A DNA stretch of 4,813 nt from a virus (lineage: Duplodnaviria; Heunggongvirae; Uroviricota; Caudoviricetes), in IMG/VR virus record IMGVR_UViG_2563366830_000013. The stretch is one strand, 5' to 3'. This document shows positions 1 to 4,813 of this stretch, piece after piece (positions within the stretch are counted from its first letter, which is position 1; each line of letters begins with the position of its first letter). The notes below the pieces were generated by a model, which did no database searches, was not told the origin of the DNA, and was given only the letters and a program-made list of their open reading frames with translations. Made by a program: the position numbers and the translations under genes.

Positions 1-244
1 CACGGCGGTGCGGAGTCCGGAGAGTAACGGCATAGCAGAGAGCTTCGTGAAAACGATAAAGCGTGACTACATCAGTGTCATGCCCAAACCAGACGGGTTA
101 ACGGCAGCAAAGAACCTTGCAGAGGCGTTCGAGCATTATAACGAATGGCATCCGCATAGTGCACTGGGTTATCGCTCGCCACGGGAATATCTACGGCAGC
201 AAGCCAGTAATGGGTTAAGTGATAACAGGTGTCTGGAAATATAG
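1..244 (+). CDS. insD: IS2 transposase OrfB (InsD), C-terminal fragment (5'-partial; reading frame enters from upstream)
   Basis: Open frame from window start to TAA at 242-244; translation …[62 protein letters not shown]… is typical of the C-terminus of IS3-family integrase-core (rve) transposases and matches IS2 InsD from memory. The M at 8 in the ORF track is an internal GTG, not the true start. Confidence 0.8.
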   Translation, partial: TAVRSPESNGIAESFVKTIKRDYISVMPKPDGLTAAKNLAEAFEHYNEWHPHSALGYRSPREYLRQQASNGLSDNRCLEI

Positions 245-486
245 GGGCAAATCCAGCCGATAAGAATTGATGCTGCTGGTTTGTAAAAGAGAAGGCCGCA
301 AAGAAAGCTGAGCATCGACAGGAGCACCCGGCGACGGATGGGGTACTCTACTGCAGAGGTAACAAAAATTACCACCCCAGCCAAAGCCCCTAAAGCAACC
401 TCCGGAGGGACACCTGCAATAACTGCAGCAAGAGAACCAAAACTAAGCAACTGATTTAATTGCTCATTTGTTACTTGAGCAGACAT
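169..486 (-). pseudogene. Small two-TM membrane protein (holin-like) gene interrupted by IS2; native first 77 codons (486->256) fused to 28 codons read from the IS2 inverted repeat
   Basis: ATG at 486-484 is preceded by a strong SD (minus-strand AAACAGGAGAAAGT-ATG). Native part MSAQVTNEQLNQLLSFGSLAAVIAGVPPEVALGALAGVVIFVTSAVEYPIRRRVLLSMLSFLCGLLFYKPAASILIG has two hydrophobic segments separated by a basic loop. After codon 77 the translation (WICPYI…) is read from IS2 terminal sequence. It lies downstream of the tailspike on the same strand, where lysis genes sit in T7-like gene order. The holin assignment is inference only. Confidence 0.5.
215..255. repeat. IS2 terminal inverted repeat (right end, ~41 bp)
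   Basis: Last ~41 bp of the IS2-like segment; contains the CCAGACA core I recall as shared by both IS2 ends. The target-site duplication cannot be checked because the other end is outside the window. Confidence 0.55.
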
Positions 487-767
487 ACTTTCTCCTGTTT
501 ACTATCTATAAGCCAGTCAATTATTGATGACTAAACCCGCATAGCAAACCATATATGAATCATTATTGTTCCATATCATATATCTCAATAAAAGTACTAA
601 TGATTTTACAGAACGAGCCAGCAGAGTGGGGGCAGTTGTACAGGAACCATAGACTTAATTTTGTATTTAATAATGCTATGGTGTAATAAACCTGAACATG
701 TATTTAAAATACGTACTGATTCATGATAGAATTCAAAGATAACTTTTCACCAACTCCGTTTTTGATA

Positions 768-794
768 CCCGCAATATTTTGCGGGCTTTTTTTT
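768..794 (+). terminator. Rho-independent terminator-like hairpin (7-bp GC-rich stem CCCGCAA/TTGCGGG, 4-nt loop, then C + T8) immediately 3' of the tailspike stop codon
   Basis: Perfect inverted repeat 768-774/779-785 followed by TTTTTTTT at 787-794. The T-tract is on the plus strand, so it is canonical for plus-strand transcripts; on the minus strand (tailspike mRNA) the hairpin follows an A-tract and has no U-tract, so it may act bidirectionally or mainly stop convergent transcription. Confidence 0.6.
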
Positions 795-3700
795 AACGTT
801 CTTCCAGAGACTGAACCCGCTCTTTTATCTTATCCATTTCTCTGCGCTGCCATGCTGCCTCGATATAGAATAAGAGATCAGGTCTGACCCCCCATCTAGA
901 TCCTGCTGGCGTTATTTCAACGCGCTCAATGATGTCTTCTATTACCATCACTGGATTATCATCATCATCAACAATGATGCTCCCGTCATTATCAGTCAGC
1001 GGCATTTCCCTTTGGCCAGTAATGACGTCATCATATACTGCGGGATAATCGTCATAGCAAAGAAAGGCATAGCGGCATGTTGTGCTTTCTTCTTCCATGA
1101 GTCCGTGAGAAATAAGAACATCACGAAGTTGCTGCGCGATTACACCATGATGTATCCTCGCCCCTTCTTCCCCCTTTATAGCGACAGCGTTCAGCCATTT
1201 ATAAGCGATATACCTGACGTCACCCCAGGCATCCAGCAATGCTTCGTCAGGAGAGACCGGCTCTGTCTTTAATGTTCCGTCACTGGTAACCACAGGATTG
1301 GAGCCAAGATAAACTGTCGAGAACCTGTTTCCCGGACCACCAAGAGCATTTACATTATCAAGATAAGGTTTAACATCTCCGTTCTCAAAAAGATGTTCGA
1401 GTGCGTTATATACCGCGCGACGTGGAGTACTGCTTCCGGAACCATGCAACGTTATCATTGCACCATCTGCTGAAGACGTTGTTTCACCGCCGCTAACGAT
1501 TAATCTCTGAGCGGTAACATCATCAGACGGTACTTTCTTCGCAATAATGGCGTAATTACCCTCAAGTTTGACTTCCGCGCGAACTTGTCCTGATGTACCT
1601 GCATGGACAGTCAGTGACTGGACGGCAACATCATCTGTGAAATCAACGGGTACAGGAACCGTCCTCACGCCTGACGTCGACATAAAAGTAGGAAGCGTTC
1701 TGTTAGGAGTGGCTCCGTAGACAAAATCCCTTGAAACAAATTCTTCCTGTTTAATTTTCACCCTGAAACAATACAAATCAGCCGGGTGACCATCGTGAAC
1801 ATAAGGATATTTTCTGTTGTTATCCCCTATGCTCCATGGGTTTAGAAAGTCTTCCCCACCGAAAATGTAGTACAGCCAGTTGTCTTTGATACAAACTGAA
1901 CCAACACCAACCGCAGAGTTAACTATTCCGCCCTGATAAATCTGATCAGTAACATTAACCCACTCTACATTATCCAGACTCCACTCATTGACGTTAACTC
2001 TGGTCATAAATGTTCTTGGATAATTTCCTGCATAACGGTTATCAGGTTCTCCTCCTTCCCACTCACCAAATGCGCGCTCACTGCCAAAAATAATCAGCTC
2101 ATCGCCAACTTTGGCAAAAGGAAGGTTTGAGTGATGAACATTATTTGGGAAGCGAAGAGAATTCCATGATGTACCTAAATCAGAGCTTCTGTGCAATGAA
2201 CTACCGGGTTGAGTACTTAATGTCCCCCTGGTCGTCAGATACAGAATGCCATCATAATATTTTACACATGGCTCAGATGCATTCGCCTCATATTCTACAG
2301 GTATGCGTCTGCGAACAAAGCTACCAGGAGAACCGAAAGCATCAGAGAAATAGAGTATCCCAAGCTCGCGTGGACCAATATCACCATTATGGTAGCCAAC
2401 AGCAAAACTGTTATCGCTAATCGTCGCAAAACTGTGAATCTCAGTAACAGGAGTGCTTCCGTCAACAAAAGAAGGAATAGTTCCAAGACTGGTTTTTCTC
2501 CATGGTGACGAGTGAAATGATGTGCCAAAACTCCAGTATCTACCCTCGTTATTCTGATCCACATCCTGGGTATTTTGCGTCGTAACTGTAAAGGTATTTT
2601 TATCAATAACAGTAGTCACCGTCATATTCCCGGTAACACCTGTAACACCAGAGTTTGAGAAGTTGACAAAATCACCAGCAAATAATCCGTGATCAGTAAT
2701 GCGAATATAAGCGACTTGCTGATTTGCTGCTTTCGTTATACCACCATAAACGCGAAGGCTGCGACTCATTGGGCGATCCCACAACTCTGCAACCTGCAGT
2801 TTATTTCCTCTCACGGTCCGCGTCTCAATTACAGCAAAAAGGCGATTTCTGACAACCCCCATACTCATGCAGTGATAGTTAACTGTGGGATAGTTTTCAT
2901 GTAAATCTGTAAGCCATTCCGGCGTTGTCCAGGTCTTCCCGTCATCTCCTGAGCGAACCCATGCAACATGGAGGTTATTTACACCATGGCGGTCTCCAGC
3001 CATAAAAGGCGCATAGATGACATTGTCATATACAAACGTTTTATCCTGCGTCCAGGCGTTGTACCACGGTGTATCTGTAATTTTAAATAACTCTCCCTGG
3101 ATAAAATCTTCAGAAGCATAAAAAAGAGGCTGGCCCGGTATTCTCTCAAATAAAAAACGAGCATTTTTAAATCGACTGACATCCGGAAGAGTTGATACTT
3201 TAAAAGTAAGCCCTAATCCGTCAATTTTATAACCTGGAGATGAGGCTTCAAGGCACGCGCTTATTGCAGTGGAATCGTCATTTATACCATCACCAACAGC
3301 TCCAAAATCTTTGGGGCTAATAGCATCACGCATTTTATCCTGGAACGTTCGGTACACAGCCCCAGAACCATACTGAATAAACCAACCAAAACCACCAACA
3401 ACTCCGGCGATTGCAGCATCGACATAATTACGCATTGAGCGATTATTTACAGCGTCCTGCTCAAATGATGGATCTGCAAGGTTAGAAATTTTGTTTTGCT
3501 TTGCATCGTAATATTTTGCAAGCAAAGATGGTTTCATCAATGCACGTCTGAACCACCCAAAACATTGCTGGATCAGCATCGTCAGGTAGTCAAAGGCATC
3601 TTCATGCACTTCGGGGAAAAATTTTCCCTGATTGCGAAGGTCTGTGTCCTGCACTACATCAAGCACACGATCTATCGTAATTCGCCATCCAGTAGCAAGC

Positions 3701-3912
3701 GGAGACGGAAGAACCACAGAACCGCCACTATAAGTGCCCGCCCCAGTTACCGTATAACCGGTATCCAGGACCAATTCTGTTACGTTCCCGTTCAGGTCAG
3801 ACACCTGAACAACCAGGTCTGATTTTCTGAAAATTCGAAAAGTATACGGAAACGATGTCGTAACGCCGTTACCGGTGTATTCGTTGTGGTCAACTTCGGT
3901 TGAGACCGTCAT
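793..3912 (-). CDS. Phage tailspike/tail-fibre protein, 1039 aa: T7 gp17-like N-terminal adaptor domain, central endosialidase-like glycanase region with two Asp-boxes, C-terminal intramolecular chaperone (peptidase S74-like) domain
   Basis: Long uninterrupted ORF with SD (minus-strand CTGGAGATTTAAC-ATG). The N-terminal ~150 aa follow the T7 gp17 N-terminal pattern (YTGNGVTTSFPYTF…DYTV…DLRNQG…). Residues 202-215 DFGAVGDGINDDST. Two Asp-box motifs: SGDDGKTW (aa 321-328, nt 2929-2952) and SSDLGTSW (aa 576-583, nt 2164-2187). C-terminal ~160 aa carry a Ser877…Lys882 spacing (TSDGTLK) and …DAWGDVRYI…IHHGVIAQQLRDV…, consistent with a self-cleaving C-terminal chaperone domain. The overall pattern resembles K1F-type endo-N-acetylneuraminidase as I remember it; substrate specificity is not proven. 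Confidence 0.9.
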   Translation of the reverse strand: MTVSTEVDHNEYTGNGVTTSFPYTFRIFRKSDLVVQVSDLNGNVTELVLDTGYTVTGAGTYSGGSVVLPSPLATGWRITIDRVLDVVQDTDLRNQGKFFPEVHEDAFDYLTMLIQQCFGWFRRALMKPSLLAKYYDAKQNKISNLADPSFEQDAVNNRSMRNYVDAAIAGVVGGFGWFIQYGSGAVYRTFQDKMRDAISPKDFGAVGDGINDDSTAISACLEASSPGYKIDGLGLTFKVSTLPDVSRFKNARFLFERIPGQPLFYASEDFIQGELFKITDTPWYNAWTQDKTFVYDNVIYAPFMAGDRHGVNNLHVAWVRSGDDGKTWTTPEWLTDLHENYPTVNYHCMSMGVVRNRLFAVIETRTVRGNKLQVAELWDRPMSRSLRVYGGITKAANQQVAYIRITDHGLFAGDFVNFSNSGVTGVTGNMTVTTVIDKNTFTVTTQNTQDVDQNNEGRYWSFGTSFHSSPWRKTSLGTIPSFVDGSTPVTEIHSFATISDNSFAVGYHNGDIGPRELGILYFSDAFGSPGSFVRRRIPVEYEANASEPCVKYYDGILYLTTRGTLSTQPGSSLHRSSDLGTSWNSLRFPNNVHHSNLPFAKVGDELIIFGSERAFGEWEGGEPDNRYAGNYPRTFMTRVNVNEWSLDNVEWVNVTDQIYQGGIVNSAVGVGSVCIKDNWLYYIFGGEDFLNPWSIGDNNRKYPYVHDGHPADLYCFRVKIKQEEFVSRDFVYGATPNRTLPTFMSTSGVRTVPVPVDFTDDVAVQSLTVHAGTSGQVRAEVKLEGNYAIIAKKVPSDDVTAQRLIVSGGETTSSADGAMITLHGSGSSTPRRAVYNALEHLFENGDVKPYLDNVNALGGPGNRFSTVYLGSNPVVTSDGTLKTEPVSPDEALLDAWGDVRYIAYKWLNAVAIKGEEGARIHHGVIAQQLRDVLISHGLMEEESTTCRYAFLCYDDYPAVYDDVITGQREMPLTDNDGSIIVDDDDNPVMVIEDIIERVEITPAGSRWGVRPDLLFYIEAAWQRREMDKIKERVQSLEER

Positions 3913-4015
3913 GTTAAATCTCCAGATAGTCGCAGCACCCGTTGCGCCGCATATCTGGTTATTCTATTACCTGAAAAACCATATATGGATAAAAAGACTA
4001 TAAATACCAATAGAT

Positions 4016-4032
4016 ATTACCTTTCGGGTAAT
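4016..4032. promoter_or_regulatory. Palindromic candidate operator ATTACC-N5-GGTAAT in the divergent intergenic region
   Basis: Perfect 6-bp inverted repeat with 5-bp spacer. A near-identical palindrome ATTTACC-TTTGC-GGTAAAT recurs at 4395-4413, and isolated ATTACC half-sites lie at 3966-3971 and 4374-4379. The binding protein is unknown. Confidence 0.35.
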
Positions 4033-4068
4033 TTGCAAAACGTGCTGGATAGCAAACAAATTATTTGT

Positions 4069-4088
4069 TACTGTATAAACATACAGTT
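4069..4088. promoter_or_regulatory. LexA (SOS) box, near-consensus
   Basis: TACTGTATAAACATACAGTT matches CTGT-N8-ACAG and 17/20 positions of the E. coli consensus TACTGTATATATATACAGTA. It ends 19 nt upstream of the ATG at 4108 and would overlap any promoter for that ORF; it is also about 157 bp upstream of the divergently oriented tailspike start. Confidence 0.75.
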
Positions 4089-4107
4089 ATTGCATGGAGA
4101 AGATAAG

Positions 4108-4365
4108 ATGCAGCAGTATCACTATCCACTGGAAGACGGATTTACCGAAAGGATTCACACGCCGGGAGGCGTCAGGTCACTGGTGGAGGGATCGCACTTG
4201 ATGAAATTACTCCGGGATCTCGATAAGGATGGATTTAATGTCGATGGCCCACTTGCCGAACTGACTGCACTGATTAACTACGTCACCAGCTCACAGATGT
4301 CTATGCAGGATCTGCAAACACATCTCGACTATTGTGCCGAACAATTACGAAAACAAACCAGATAA
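4108..4365 (+). CDS. Hypothetical small protein (85 aa), putatively SOS/LexA-regulated; function unknown (candidate antirepressor or regulatory factor)
   Basis: ATG at 4108 preceded by GGAGA (4096-4100) at 7-nt spacing; stop TAA at 4363-4365. The ORF track's upstream in-frame ATG at 3985 has no SD and would make the LexA box coding, so 4108 is preferred. No transmembrane segment; no family recognised from the sequence MQQYHYPLEDGFTERIHTPGGVRSLVEGSHLMKLLRDLDKDGFNVDGPLAELTALINYVTSSQMSMQDLQTHLDYCAEQLRKQTR. Confidence 0.65.
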   Translation: MQQYHYPLEDGFTERIHTPGGVRSLVEGSHLMKLLRDLDKDGFNVDGPLAELTALINYVTSSQMSMQDLQTHLDYCAEQLRKQTR

Positions 4366-4504
4366 GGTTTGCAATTACCAAATGGAGTGCTTATATTTAC
4401 CTTTGCGGTAAATTTACATCGCACTCCTCTTGTGCCATAGTAATCGGGCACTGGCAAAATCCAGTGCCGGGATTGGTCTCCCGGATTACTACAGAGGCAC
4501 ATAT

Positions 4505-4524
4505 GCCGCATAAGCGGTTTTTTT
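4505..4524 (+). terminator. Putative Rho-independent terminator (short GC stem GCCGC/GCGG with 4-nt loop, followed by T7)
   Basis: GCCGCATAAGCGG followed by TTTTTTT at 4518-4524 on the plus strand, about 140 nt downstream of the 4108-4365 ORF and after a cluster of stable hairpins. The stem is short (4-5 bp), so it may be weak or conditional. Confidence 0.5.
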
Positions 4525-4678
4525 ATGTGTAAAGCGCACCTATTCTATGGTGGGCTGTGTGGGGGCACCGAAAGGTGCGCCGGGTTCCTTTGTAGCCGGT
4601 AAGACCAACTCTGCACAGTTCACCACCATCTGATTGGTCTCAGCGGTGGTGATTAACCTAACTACAAAGGTGATCGCT

Positions 4679-4813
4679 ATGAATACCAAACCTTCCATCT
4701 TTTCCTTTGAGTCATCCTGCCAGATCCGTATGTTCATGATTGACGGAGAACCTTGGTTTGTCACCAAAGATGTGTGCAATGCTTTGAATATTGATGTTAC
4801 ACAAGCGAGAAAA
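4679..4813 (+). CDS. Bro-N domain protein (phage antirepressor-like), N-terminal 45 codons; 3'-partial, continues beyond the window
   Basis: ATG at 4679 with SD AAAGG (4666-4670) 8 nt upstream; translation MNTKPSIFSFESSCQIRMFMIDGEPWFVTKDVCNALNIDVTQARK shows the Bro-N signature (F.F……IR…IDGEPWFV.KDVC.AL). Not in the ORF track because no stop is reached within the window. Confidence 0.8.
   Translation, partial: MNTKPSIFSFESSCQIRMFMIDGEPWFVTKDVCNALNIDVTQARK

Larger units (their letters stand above)
1..255 (+). mobile_element. IS2 (IS3 family) insertion sequence, 3' end only; element continues upstream of the window
   Basis: Partial ORF matches the IS2 OrfB/InsD C-terminus as I recall it (…[12 protein letters not shown]…[12 protein letters not shown]…); reverse complement of 215-255 reads TGGATTTGCCCCTATATTTCCAGACACCTGTTATCACTTAA, matching my recollection of the IS2 terminal inverted repeat. 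Element boundary placed at 255. Recalled from memory, not database-verified. Confidence 0.8.

Noticed and set aside
2164-2952. The two Asp-box motifs taken as evidence for a classical exo-sialidase (NanH-like)
   Set aside because: The N-terminal tail-adaptor domain, the ~1000-aa length and the C-terminal chaperone domain fit a phage tailspike (endo-acting depolymerase) architecture, not a secreted exo-sialidase. The exact substrate remains unproven.
1012-3822. Six ORFs of 67-108 aa nested inside the tailspike gene (1012-1272 +, 2127-2420 +, 2295-2606 -, 2689-2904 +, 2979-3182 -, 3496-3822 +)
   Set aside because: All lie entirely within the 1039-aa tailspike reading frame region on the opposite strand or in alternative frames. 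Their translations are low-complexity or skewed (Cys/His/Arg-rich) with no recognisable motifs, typical of shadow ORFs of a long real gene.
3920-3958. 7-bp inverted repeat CCAGATA…TATCTGG (3922-3928/3952-3958) in the tailspike 5' UTR, partly overlapping its SD
   Set aside because: Short stem with a 23-nt loop, and only 2 nt of the SD are involved. It could be a weak translational control element but is not distinguishable from chance.
3985-4107. Upstream in-frame ATG (3985) that would extend the small ORF to 126 aa
   Set aside because: No Shine-Dalgarno sequence precedes 3985, and the extension would place the LexA box and the palindromic operator-like site inside coding sequence. The ATG at 4108 has a GGAGA SD at ideal spacing.
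4329-4532. Overlapping ORFs 4329-4511 (-) and 4332-4532 (+, TTG start)
   Set aside because: No ribosome-binding sites; both run through the hairpin-rich terminator region, whose GC-rich inverted repeats create open frames by chance. The plus-strand one begins inside the 4108-4365 gene in another frame.
4540-4779. 79-aa minus-strand ORF overlapping the Bro-N start
   Set aside because: It overlaps the well-supported Bro-N N-terminus (clear SD and family signature) on the opposite strand and has no SD or motifs of its own.
1-4813. CRISPR arrays, tRNA/tmRNA genes or attachment-site core repeats
   Set aside because: No regularly spaced direct repeats and no tRNA-like cloverleaf signatures (such as a GTTCGAATC T-loop) were found by eye. 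The only repeats are the short motifs reported above.

Overview
The window looks like the edge of a prophage or phage-derived island in an enterobacterial (E. coli/Shigella-like) genome; nothing here could be checked against a database, so all identifications rest on motifs read from the sequence. Contents, in order: (1) the 3' end of an IS2 copy (InsD transposase C-terminus plus terminal inverted repeat, 1-255), inserted into a small two-TM membrane (holin-like) gene on the minus strand; (2) an AT-rich spacer ending in a hairpin/T-tract terminator; (3) a 1039-aa tailspike/tail-fibre gene on the minus strand (793-3912) with a T7 gp17-like N-terminal adaptor domain, a central glycanase region with two Asp-box motifs (endosialidase-like) and a C-terminal intramolecular-chaperone (peptidase S74-like) domain; (4) a divergent control region with a near-consensus LexA/SOS box just upstream of an 85-aa ORF of unknown function (4108-4365); (5) a ~310-bp structured non-coding spacer with nested hairpins, a T-tract terminator and a 10-nt motif repeated in hairpin loops; (6) the 5' end of a Bro-N antirepressor-like gene running off the window (4679->4813). 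The most interesting hypothesis is an SOS-wired small-protein/antirepressor module with an RNA-structured leader, sitting next to a capsule-targeting tailspike whose downstream lysis-type gene has been hit by IS2.
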